DNA of 64,000 bases, from the NCBI GenBank assembly GCA_022605425.2, contig JAKIMF020000001.1, positions 124,001-188,000 of the forward strand, given 5' to 3'. Under the pieces are notes generated by a model. The model worked only from the letters and a program-made list of their open reading frames with translations, was not told where the DNA came from and ran no database searches. How positions within the stretch are numbered: position 1 is the stretch's first letter; every line of letters begins with the position of its first letter. A program made the translations under genes and the position numbers. This document shows positions 43,143-54,485 of the stretch, piece by piece. The DNA is from Hamiltosporidium tvaerminnensis FI-OER-3-3 (taxonomy: Eukaryota; Fungi; Microsporidia).

Positions 43143-43849
43143 AGATTCTTTTAATACTTTCTTTTCCAATTTACCTAAAAGGATATGACAGCTTTGATTT
43201 AATCTTTTTTTCTAAATTGCTGTCTAAATTCAATTTCTTTGATAATTTATTTTTTTTTAGAAGATTTTCGATTTAAAAATAAATGAAAAAAAAAATTGAT
43301 TTGTTCACTTGTAGTTGGGGACAAATTCCAAAACAAAATATCTATTTTTTCTGAATATTTAATAAATATAATTAAATTATTGAATCAAAATATGAATTAA
43401 AAAGAGAAAAAAGGTGAGAACGAATAGAAATTTCAGAATTGAATTTTATCCTTTGACATGATTACAATTTGAGGATATTTCTTAAACAGGGTAATATAAG
43501 GTGTCATAAAAAAATAAAACTTGATTAAATAATAAATTGGAATAAAAGAACCCCAAATAGTTTTTAATTTTGGCGTTTGATCTTTATTGGATCAAGTAAC
43601 CATATCTAACTATTTAAGTAAATAAATTCAAAATTTGATTTCAATATCATTAAAAATAGCTGTATTTACTCACTTAATTGATTTTACAGCAAATGATAGA
43701 GTAATTTCTTATTGTGATACTATAACTTAAAACTAAGAAAAGTTCAATAAAAATAAGACAGAAGAGATCCAATTGGTGAATCTAATTATCAAATAGAAAG
43801 ACAGGAATCTTTTCCAGGTTATATGGTTTTAGGAATAGTTAGATGAAAA

Positions 43850-44470
43850 GTCTTGTTGACATATTTAGGCAGAGTAAGAATGAATATGTCTAGCAATATG
43901 GCGAAGTAATTATTTGCTATATTGAGGATAGAAATGTATTATGAAGAATAAACGAGATGCTTACATTCTGCGATAAGTCTGGTAAAACGGTAGAGCATTT
44001 AGCAACTTAATATGAGAAAATCATGATTATGCCGGACGGAATAAAAAAATAATAAGATGACTATAATTTTTCCTTCTATAAAGACTTGAATTTGAGTCTA
44101 TAATCTAAATATGAGTTAATCAGATCAGAAAAAATCATTCTAAGAGTATTTAGAAAGAAAAATAGAGACCAGGATAAAAACTGATGTCAAAATTTGGAAT
44201 AATAGACCCGATATATTTATTTTAGATATTAAAAACAATTTGACGCATTTGGGTGTGTATTACATCAAAGATTCACTTTAAAAGTTTTAATAAAAGAACA
44301 AGGAATTGGAATCCACTAAGTGAAGATTTTTATCTTATATATGTAAGTTGTTGATATAATTCTTTATGTGATGGTCTGGAACGGTATTGTGACAAAATAT
44401 TAGAAGATGTTCTTAAAAAACTGCAAATAAGTATAAATAGGGATATATTCATACAATTATTATTTACTAG
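43850..44470 (+). mobile_element. Decayed R4-clade (RLE) non-LTR retrotransposon 3' remnant
   Basis: Translation gives CYIEDRNVL..FCDKSGKTVEHLAT (~43915-44007), IRDQDKN/TRIKTDVKIWNNRPDIFILD (~44165-44230) and CDGLE/GIVTKY (~44370-44400), with many stops and deletions. Homologous to 57.2-58.3 kb. Confidence 0.85.
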
Positions 44471-47400
44471 GAGTAATTTAATCAATTTTTGAAATATGAA
44501 GAAGACTTTTGAAATGACTAAAGACAATACGAGTATGAATAGAACATCAATATGTGTTATTAAGCAAAGTAAAAGTATTAACAACTAAACCAATTTTAAA
44601 AGACTGGGGAAGTACTAAGATGCCTTTAAGCAGAAAAAAACATCATAAATTATCATTTTAGATATGATAGCAAGCATTTGATGGATTGAAAATTGACAGA
44701 AAAGAATAAAAGAATTTAAAGTGAAGTATAAAATGATGGAATTAATGGAGGAAAATATGTAAAAGGAAAAAAATTGTTTAATAATTTAAACTAATACAGT
44801 TAGATTATAAATACGAACTAATAATTTGTTTAAAAATACTTTTTAAATGATAATATTTTGATTTTATAAAATAGATGTATATATGAAAGTTTAGTTTAAA
44901 GGGAAGATTATGCTTCGATGCATTTTATTAAATATACACATTTATATATACATAAAACTCTTTCCGCCATTTAAATGAGATGTAGGTTGGTATTTTCGAA
45001 TTAGTAAAACATTTAATATGGCTTTCTCTTTGTTTACTTCTAAAATTATATTTGAGGTTAAATGAGTTTTAAATAGACATTTTCGCCTCTTTAAATTCGC
45101 TGAATTACTTTTGTTTTATCTTTATCTTTAATTTTAAAAGATTATATACAAATGCTTGATTCGGTGTCGAATTTATGTAACTTAAATTTTTATAAATAGT
45201 GTATATCATTACTTCAACTTATGAAATAAATACTAAGATAACATGAAGACTTCAAGGGCATGTGAAACATTTATATACTTTAAAAATTTTATGTATATCG
45301 ATACATTGACATTTTACGTTGTAAAAGCGATGTTAGTGTTGATTATGACGTTTTTATAGTCCACGAGACATTTACCTACACATACGCCTCAACGGTATAT
45401 TTACTTTTGATAAGTTCTAACAAAAAATATTTAGAACCTAAATGCCAGCAAAGAATTAGAAACGCTAAGTCATATATGCTATTTCAAAACTCGCAATGAA
45501 ACCCTTTTTCTCAAATCGTAAGTTTCTTTTTCTTGAGAATTTTAAGTAGCTTCGGGTAAGATGTTAATATATATGTGCCTTGTATTTCGATTTTTGTTGT
45601 AATTTTAGCAGTTCTCTTGCAATAAAGATAATTACTTTGACAGCAGTTTCGCATGTTGATATTTTGAGTTTCTATTAAATTAGTTTTGGTAAATTTATTA
45701 CGATTGCCCTAATATGGCTAATGGAAATAGAAACATCAAAATTTATAAATAAAATAAAGCAGGGATTCAAATCTGATGAACCAAAGAGTATGAAATGATC
45801 AAAAAAGCCAAAAATGTATTTAGTGAATTATATTCCGGGATATTAGGGACACGAAACGTCAAACTGACGTCTTTAGAAAAAAAGCTCAAATCGCCCATTA
45901 AAAAATGACAGAACGAAGAAAAACATTATATTTTTCGTGTATTTAAAAAATAGAAAATTCGGCAAGCTTTTATTATGTTTAGCAATCGTCTTTTATATAT
46001 TACGTGCTGGGGATGTTTTTCGCCTCAAAAACAATTCAAACGTATGAATAAATATTTGTTTTTGATAAATATATAACAGAAGCACCGCTTAAATGTGTAT
46101 TTTTTCTGTTTAAGTATTTTTAAAACCTGCAAAAATGATTAAAATTCTTAAAATAACTAAATATATGAATAGTTAGAAACAAGGCGAAATTCAAAAAGTG
46201 GAAAATGGAAAAATATGCTAATTCTACATCAAAAGTTTCATTAAATTCTTCTGGGACATTATCATTTGTCTTATTATATGTTTCTCATGTGCGAGTCGCT
46301 CGTACTGCGCTTTTAATTTGTTACTACATTAGAAATAATATCGAAAAAAAAGGATTACTTTAACACCATTAGAAACTACAAAAGGAATGAATATTTGAAA
46401 TGCAATTGAAAATACATCTTCGAAATAGAAAGAATCTTTCAAAACTTGTCTCGGTACGACGGATAAATCTGGTAGTGGCAGGGAAGACTGTTGAAGATTT
46501 TCGCTCATTTGCTAACAATCCCAGGCATTCGATTCTAGGGGTTTTGGTCTCACATACCACCTGTTTATTTACATAAATACTGATCTTGTGTTATAAAAAA
46601 TTAGAATGATTTTTAATTAAAATAGGTAAAATAAATATTACATGCACTTTAAACGAACAAAAAGCTGCAAAATTAGTAACTTAAGTCGCTTTCTTTTACT
46701 TTAGTTACTTATTCATAAAAAGTTTGATGTTTAATTCCAGGAAAAGTCTTCATTGTTTCGCTGAAGAACTAAATCAAATTAGATTTTCTACCACTATAAA
46801 AGATTATTAATGTATGCGATTCATTTAAAGCCATAATTTGGCTTTTAAGTCGATTTTTTTTTTGGATTTGTACTCGAACGCATTATGAATTAAATGTAAA
46901 CTAAAAGTTCGCAAAAAAAAATCGAAGTCAAATTCGAAATTAAATCTAAATTTATTTCCAATATACGCGAATATTTTTCACAATAAAAAAATCACTAAAG
47001 ACCTCGGTTTCTTTAAGAAATAGGATCAAGTTAAATTTTCAGAAAAAATCGGCATATGTTTAGTCATTAATAAATAAATTTTTTTATTATATAATTATTT
47101 CAAAGAACTCTACAAAAATTAGAATTTATTTTATATTCAAACGCAGCATATCTAAATAAACTCGATTCAGAGAATTTTTTTGGTTAAATTATTATTTTCA
47201 AATGCTAAGGATAGATTTTCGATTGGGGGCTATATGGAATAAAACTTTGTTACTTTGAGAAATCAAATTGAATGAGATAGGTCAATGAAAGTTCTTGAAA
47301 ACATTAAAGACTAGAAAATGTCAGAAATCAGAATGAAATTCTCGATAATTTGCATTGTTGGAAAATATTTTTAATGGCTTTGTATAATTCTCTGTTATAT

Positions 47401-47751
47401 GTTCTTTTTTCATGTTTTCTGAAATAAATGTATTAATGTAAAAAAAATGAAAGTACTGATGAATATAATTCAGCATGTGTCTTGCTAGTGATATGGAATG
47501 TCATCTTAGTACAATATATTTTCACATAATATAGTACAGTAAAATTCGCAGCAAAAAGGTTCTTTTTTCGGGCGAAAAGTTATGTATGACTTGACTAAAA
47601 GGTTCCACTTCCTGGTGTTGTATGTTCGTTATATAAATTTTCACAATATAATTTTAAATAAATAACTAATTTGAATTTTTCTCACATTAAAATTTTCTGG
47701 TACGGCAGCGATTCATTAAAAGAATTTGTACATTTTTGTCATAGAACATTA

Positions 47752-48471
47752 GTGGAGGGAGGATAACCACATAAAAAACTTTCTGCTTGGCAATGAGTGT
47801 GTGAAACTGGTGTGAAGATCATTGTTTGGATTTTTGGTGGGAATACAACCACACTACATCTTCGATTATTCCATGGGAGTTGTTATGAAGAGGAGAGGTC
47901 TAAGAAATGGAGAAACTTTTTCTACAAATTTATTTGTAGTTTTTTATGTAACCAGATTGCAGACCGCGGCTGAACATGTAGGTAATTGCCATGTAAAAGC
48001 ATGGAAACCTAGCCTTACTCACTCGGGTTAAAAGACTTAGCGCCTGGGAGATATAAAAATAAAACTTATTAAAAGTCGGGAGAGCTAAGTAGCAGGTTAT
48101 ACCTGTTGGTATGACATTGCACTGTCTAGGTGGACCCCATGTAAATCTCTGAAATATATCTTAGCTAGAAGTTTATTGTGTTCCGAAAGTGTAGAGTAAG
48201 TGGGAATGCTGCAAAGTCTTGGGCCCGGGGGGTTTGACCTTCGATCACACACCATGCAACGGACATTAACAAACTCCGGGCAACTGTCTCGCATATTAAT
48301 TAGGTTCCACACACCTGGTAGATGAAAGGCTTTGGGACGTAGGTATCGCAGGGGTTACCGATGGAGTGTTGGGGTAGCAGTCATTTATGTTAAACCTAGA
48401 ACTGCGTTAATATCATAAAAACAAATATAACACTTGCCACTATTTTAAAAAGATGTGATATTTTAAATAAA
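47752..48471 (+). mobile_element. ~720-bp structured SINE-like element, copy 3, with perfect 12-bp TSD
   Basis: GTGGAGGGAGG start at 47752 and TAAATAAA end. Direct repeat gtcatagaacat at 47738-47749 and 48472-48483. Confidence 0.95.
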
Positions 48472-49424
48472 GTCATAGAACATAAAAATTATCTAAATCC
48501 TGGATTTTGATATCTTTGTCGAACATCTCTTTCTCGAAATTTCACCCAGAAATAATCTTATCAACACACACAATAAGGTATTTATAAATGATTATTTCTC
48601 GATAAAAATATTATGCATGTTTCAGTTTAAGAATTTTTCATATTAAGAAGCGACAGAATGATACTATTTACTAAAAAATACTTAATAAAATGAGTCGATA
48701 TGTAGCAACTTGATTTCTTTCTTCCATAGATTATTTTTTTATCTCTTTTATCGAAAAAAAAAACAGATTATAATTTAATTTGATTAGATATCTTTAATAT
48801 GTGTTTTTGACATCTAAATATCGTGTTATAGCAAAAAAATAATGATCACCTTTCTTATATCCGTCTATTTTTTTATATAATTCTAATTTTTATATCTTGC
48901 ATTTTCAAAATAGTTAACAAAATTGTATTATTTCTTATGGATAATTGAATGGTCATTTATTCTTTACCCGATATTTTATTGATTTATTTTTCAAGAGTTA
49001 TTTTATCACAAAAGAATTATTAATTATTTTTTAAGTTTTTTCAAGTAGATTTTAAAATATTTAAATATAATTTTCTTCCTATATTATATTGCAAGTTGAT
49101 TATTTTTTTTGTTTTGATTTTCGATGTTTTCATTTATTACATTAATTCTACCTTGAACGTTTCATTAAAAATTCAAAAATAGCCAAATTTCTATAGATTT
49201 AGTCTTTTTATAGATATATTTTTATATTTAGTGGGTAAAGGCCGAGAGTTTTGAGGCGTATACTATGACTATTTTAATGACTACTAAATGTTTTGATTTA
49301 CTGAAATAACTTTCTCAAATGAACTTAAATAATTGTAGTTGTAAGAATTCGATTCACATGAAAAATTGTAATCCAAGGTCAGGTAATATTTCTTTATTAT
49401 TTGTCTAATTTAAATGAACTGGTT

Positions 49425-50378
49425 AAAGGAGAAATGTATTATTACAGGTAATATATCTAGTGATCATAGCCTTTAATATGGAGGCAAGACAAATGAATAC
49501 ATTGTCCTGTGTATTATTCAACCTAGTAATAGAGGAAATAATAAATGGTTGGTAAATAAAACGGTGGTACACTATTTAATGGGATTATACACTATTTGGC
49601 ATATGTTGATTGCCTGGCTATCGTGTGAGAAACGAAAAAGACATATAATACCCTTTAAAAGTATTAGCAGCAGAATCCGATGCTCCGAGCTGAATATAAT
49701 TATATGCAAGACAAATATATAGCAATGTCTCTGTTATCGAATTCCCCTGTAATTTTTTTGGAAATCGACTCATATAAATTTTAAAAATTATTTAACTCAT
49801 AATATCTAAAACGACTTGAGTGAGCTCTATAAAAATGTTATTGAGATTCAAAAAGAAATAAAAGCAGGCAGGAGAGTGTATTTTGCATTTCAGAGCTTAC
49901 TGAAGGCAAATCTGATAAATAGAAATATAAAAAAGCAAATATATAGAACTATTGTTAAACGTACAATACTATATGCTTTTGAACCATTGGTAATCCCCAA
50001 AAGAGACTAATCTTGGTTAAATATATGAGAAAAAAGGATACTAAGAATAATATCTGAGTAAAAATTTTAAAATAACGAGCAAGGAATTAGATAGAATCAG
50101 GAAATATATAATCTCTATCAAGGAATTAATTTAGTCTCTGTATGGAAACAAAAAAGACACCAACACTAGAAAGAATTTCGCAAGAAAGTGCTGCTAGAAA
50201 AATTTTTAGATCTGAACCTGAAATAAAGAAATACCACGAAAAAGAACTTATATGGTGTGATGAAGAATGTAAGAAAACGCAATCTATCGCAATGTAAAAA
50301 TTTACAACATAATAGAAAAAACTTGTGTGACATCAGCTACGAGATAAGATCTCTGTAAGAGGTATAGCACAGCGGAGT
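49425..50378 (+). mobile_element. 5'-truncated, decayed RTE-clade LINE (RT motifs 4-7, thumb, 3' end)
   Basis: ARQMNTLSCVLFNLVIEE (RQGDxLSPxLFN), YLAYVDCLAIV (YADD) and EIQKEIKAGRRVYFAFQSLLKANLINRNIKKQIYRTIVKRTILYAFE (RTE thumb), followed by ILRII...NQEIYNLY. Stops and frameshifts throughout. Confidence 0.85.
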
Positions 50379-50506
50379 TATTTTTAATATTAGTAGTCCA
50401 AATATTAATTTAGTATTTGAAAGTCATAAAAAACAATAAAATTTTTAAATTAAAATATTCACAAATGATTAAAACACAAACAAGTGATTGAAAAAATATC
50501 ATTTCT

Positions 50507-51219
50507 TAAAAGAAATGCATTATTTAAATTATTACATTTTTTAAAACAGTGCCAAGTGTTATATTTGTTTTCATGACAGTAACGCGGTTCTAGGTTTAAC
50601 ATAAATAACTGCTACTCCAATACTCCATCGGGAACCCTTGCGATACCTATGTTTTAAAGCCTTTCATCTACAAGGTGGGTAGAATCTAATTAGTAGGCGA
50701 GGCAGTTGCCCGGAGTTCGTTAATGTCCGTTGCATGAAGTGTGATCGAAGCCCACCCTAGACTATCCAGCATTCCCAATTACTCTACACTTTCTGAACCC
50801 AATTAACTTCTAGCTAAGATATATTTCAGAGATTTACATGGGGTCCACCTAGACAGCGCAATGTCATACCAACAGGTATAACCTGCTACTTAGCTCTCCC
50901 GGCTTTTAATGTTTTAATTTTTATATATCCCAGGCGCTAAGTCTTCTAACCCGAGTGAGCAAGGCTAGTTTCCATGCTTTTACATGGCAATTACCTACAT
51001 GTTCAGCTGCGGTCTGCAATCTAGTTAAATAAAAAACTACAAATAAATTTTTAGAAAAGGTTTCGCTATTTTTTAGACCTCTCCTCCTCATACAAATCCC
51101 ATAGACAACCGAAGACGTAGTTTGAATTTATTCCCACAAAAAATCCAAACAATGATTTCATACCAGTTTTGCATACTCATTGCCAAGCAGAAAGTTTTAT
51201 GGAGTTATCCACCCTCCAC
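50507..51219 (-). mobile_element. ~720-bp structured SINE-like element, copy 4
   Basis: Reverse complement starts GTGGAGGGTGGATAACTCCAT at 51219 and aligns fully to the other copies. Candidate TSD atcatttct at 50498-50506 and 51222-51230. Confidence 0.92.
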
Positions 51220-51499
51220 AAATCATTTCTAAATATAATAATCAAAATATAAAAAATAATCTTCGGAGTATTATCTAACTTATATTTAAAAATTATCTTT
51301 TTTTTCAAATTCTGGAATTTATATTCAAATTTTTTTATTTTCTCATTTTTATTTCATCTTTTTATCTTCTCATTTTTATATTCTTGTTTCTATTCAAGAA
51401 TTCTATTTTCCTATTTTTCCACGAATAGTTCTTAAAATTAAAAACGGTTTTTAACAAATTTTTACCCTTTTTTTAATTTTTAAAAAAAACAATTTTTGT

Positions 51500-51522
51500 G
51501 TAATTAAAATTACAGCCCTAAA
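51500..51522 (+). promoter_or_regulatory. Microsporidian CCC motif / AT-rich initiation signal of PheRS-beta
   Basis: taattaaaattacagCCCtaaaATG, with CCC at 51516-51518. Confidence 0.6.
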
Positions 51523-53480
51523 ATGCCATCCATTTCAGTCAAACACGATGAAATATCTTCTTATTTGAATTTAGACCCAACTGGTGAAACATTGTCAGAT
51601 CTTCTTTTTTCTTACGGATTAGAATTAGAAGAAACAATTTCCGATCCTCTTACCTACAAAATTGATATTCCTGCAAACCGTTATGATCTTCTAACTCCTC
51701 ATCTTCTTTCCAAGGCACTTTTGTCTTTTTTATCCAAAAAAAAATTTGAAGATTTAAAAATAAAAAATTCTTCGACTCATTTAACCGTTTCTAAGACGTG
51801 CCGTCCTTTCATAGCCTGTGCTATCGTTCGCAATATAAAATTTACAGAAACACTTTTTACAAATATTTTGGAATTTCAAGAAAAATTACATTTAAGTTTG
51901 TGCAGACACAGAACACTTGCAGCGATCGGAATACACGATTTGGATAAAACAACTCCCCCGTTTTTTTACACCGAAGAGAATCCAGAAGATATAAAATTTA
52001 CTCCTCTGTTTTCCGACATATCCATGTATGCATCAGATCTCGTTTCAAATCCAAATTTCAAACACACACATCATCTTACAGAAATGTCATTTTTTCCGGT
52101 GGTAAAAGACTCAAAACAGATAATTTCATTGCCTCCTGTAATTAATTGTGATGAAACTAAAATATCGATGAATACAAAAAATTTGTTCATAGAAGTTACA
52201 GGAAACGATTTCAACCGTGTAAATACGACCCTCAAACTTATTTGTTATTTCTTTTCTGAATTTGAAATCGAAAAAGTAAAAATTTTGCACGCAGAAAAAA
52301 TGCGGTCGAAAACAAAAAATTGTTATGAAATTCTTGGATTTAAAAGTGGAATTTTAGACAAACCAATGGCTGATGAATCAATAAATCATGAAGGCTTAAG
52401 AAATGGTGAGGAATCAACGGTAAATATTCCAAGTAACGATTCAACAACAAACGAAATATCAAACAATGCTATATCAAACAATGCTATATCAAACAATAAA
52501 TATCAAACAATGCTATATCAAACAATGCTATATCAAACAATGCTATAACAAATAATAATTTAAGCAATCAAACACAAAAAATGCCATTTTCTATTGAAAC
52601 TCCTATTTTTTTTAACAGAAAATTTTCAGGTTTCGATTGTCTCAGTAGAAAAAGAATTGGGAATTTCTATAAATATTTATATGTTGAAAGTCCTTTTAGA
52701 AAAAATGATGCATTTTGTTACGATTGAAGATAATTGTCTTGAAGTTGTTGTGCCAGACATACGAACTGACGTGCTTCACTTCTGTGATCTTATAGAAGAT
52801 ATAGCAATAGCTTTTGGATATGAAAATGTCCCAATAAAAAATGTTGATTTTGTTTCGATTGGTAAAGAATTTGGATTAAATAAATTTTCAGATAAAATTA
52901 GAAATTTGATGGCCAATTGTGGATTTACAGAAGTTCTTACGATGACACTTTTAAGTAAAAAAGAGTGTTACGCGTTGATTGAAATAGGCAGTCAATTTTC
53001 TAGAAGCAAAACAAATTTGGATAAAATTCATTCCTACAGGTTTTAAGCAATCCACAGTCTTCAGAATGTGAATGTGTAAGAATTTCTTTGCTTCCTGGAA
53101 TTTTAAAATCAATTCAAAATAACAAACACCTTTCTGTTCCATTCAAGCTTTTTGAATGCTCAGATTGTGTAATTACCGGTTTAAATGTTCGTTTTTTATG
53201 CGGTGTTTATTGTGGGGTGGTGAGTGGATTTGAAGAAATTGTTGGTGCGATTTCTTTTATTTTAAAAAAAGTAGATCTTGATTACAATTATAGAGAAGAA
53301 CGTAGTAAACGGTACTTTGAAAAACGAGGAGGTGCTATTTATATAGCAGGTGTTAAGGTTGGTACGTTTGGTGTTGTTGATCCTGAATTTTGTAGTCTTT
53401 TTGGTGTGGATTTTGTTGTGAGTAGCTTTGAAATTGATGTAGAAAAAATTTATGCATTTTTTATTGAAAAAAATAAATAA
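51523..53480 (+). CDS. FARSB: Phenylalanyl-tRNA synthetase beta subunit (eukaryotic type), split by three apparent 1-nt frameshifts
   Basis: Motifs YKIDIPANRYDLL, FQEKLHLSLCRHRTLAAIGIHDLD, SLPPVINCDETKI..TKNLFIEVTG, VPDIRTDVLHFCDLIEDIAIAFGYEN, GFTEVLT, SNPQSSECECVRISLLPGILKSI..NKH..VPFKLFECSD and GTFGVVDPE. Frame breaks at ~52499, ~52625 and ~53025. The stop overlaps AATAAA. Confidence 0.95.
52457..52545 (+). repeat. 15-bp coding tandem repeat (atatcaaacaatgct; ISNNA) x6
   Basis: Five perfect 15-nt units plus one 14-nt unit (atatcaaacaataa) that breaks the frame. Confidence 0.9.
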
Positions 53481-53489
53481 AAATAATTT

Positions 53490-53900
53490 TTCCTTTAAAT
53501 TTATTTTTAAATCTTCCGTTTGTATAAATTATATATATTTTCTATTAAATTTTTATTTATGTTAATTTCTTATTTTAAATTTTATTTTTTTAAATTTCTT
53601 TTTAAATATTCCGTTTGTATATATTTTATATAATTCAAAATAATTGTTAGTTCTTTAAATTTCTATTAAATTTTTATTTCTTTAATATTTCTTTCCTACA
53701 AATTATATGAAATTTTTATTTATGTTAATTTCTTTTTTTAAATTTTTATTTCTTTGAATTTCATTTCTTTAATATTTCTTTCCTACAAATTATACCAAAT
53801 TTTCTATTTTAAATTTAAATTTATACTTATTTACTATTAAATTTGTAATATAAAATTTATTTTTTTAAGTTTTTTATAAACCTTTAAACTTATACTCATT
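53490..53900. repeat. Extremely AT-rich degenerate repeats downstream of PheRS-beta
   Basis: Recurring blocks: ttccgtttgtata x2, tttctattaaatttttattt x2, tttatttatgttaatttctt x2 and tttaatatttctttcctacaaattata x2. Confidence 0.65.
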
Positions 53901-54249
53901 TACTTGAATTAGTATAATTATGTAATTAATGAATTTTAATTTGTTTGAATGAAAAATATTTTATTTGATTTATTTTGTTAAAACATCTGTTGGAAGAACT
54001 TAATATTTTTAAAAAAATTCCTTAATCACAGCACTTACTTTTATCTCAATAATAAGTGAGTTTATATGCTTATAGATAATAAAAAAAATTTTGGTTTCTT
54101 ATCTTTGTATTTTTTATTTTTCGTTAGAATGAAAATGCTTCTTAATATTTTTTTGAAAATATATATTGACATTATAAATGTAAGGTGATGGGAAGTAGAG
54201 GTATGGGAAACAAATTTGCTGAGATTAGGAAGAGATGGTGAGATATTAT

Positions 54250-54485
54250 GTTCATTCATCCTCGCATTACAGCTCTGCACGAGCCTTGGATTTTTACTCA
54301 ATACCACCCACTAGTCTCTTTTCAGTAGGTTCGTTTACTTTTTCGGATTTCGTAACAAGGTGGTTTTAAAGGGTGAGTTGTTAGCCCTACGTCCGACCCC
54401 TATCGAGAACGATCCCTTTTAGTTGCCTCTTACGAACAGCATAGAATATTCCAAGCCAATTCTACACCCGGCATAAAGGAGGTAA
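54250..54485 (-). mobile_element. Short internally deleted RTE-derived element (5' UTR motifs fused to 3' end)
   Basis: Minus strand reads ...tagaat..tattc..cgtaagaggcaactaaaaggg...gggtcggacgtagggctaacaactcaccctttaaaa...ttgttacgaaa, which resembles arthropod RTE 5'-UTR motifs (from memory). It ends ccaaggctcgtgcagagctgtaatgc + gatgaatgaa microsatellite tail (RTE-like 3' end). Degenerate flanking direct repeat ggtgagatattat (54237-54249) / ggtaggatattct (54486-54498). Confidence 0.65.

Noticed and set aside
47788-47825. Hammerhead-like core gcaatgagtgtgtgaaac
   Set aside because: Lacks CUGANGA and has no stem III/UH cleavage triplet.
39984-48312. Recurrent small ORF (...LLAKIYFSDLHGVHLDSAMSYQQV) at 39984-40205 and 48097-48312 as a real peptide gene
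   Set aside because: It is antisense to the repeat, relies on GTG starts in the track, and is frameshifted in copies 2 and 4 at the variable hairpin. The similarity simply reflects the repeat.
47752-51219. Copies 3 and 4 as inverted termini of a composite transposon carrying the RTE RT fragment
   Set aside because: Copy 3 has its own perfect TSD and copy 4 its own candidate TSD, so they are independent insertions. The RTE remnant is far more decayed than either.
52457-52545. CRISPR-like array
   Set aside because: These are contiguous 15-bp units without spacers, inside a eukaryotic CDS.
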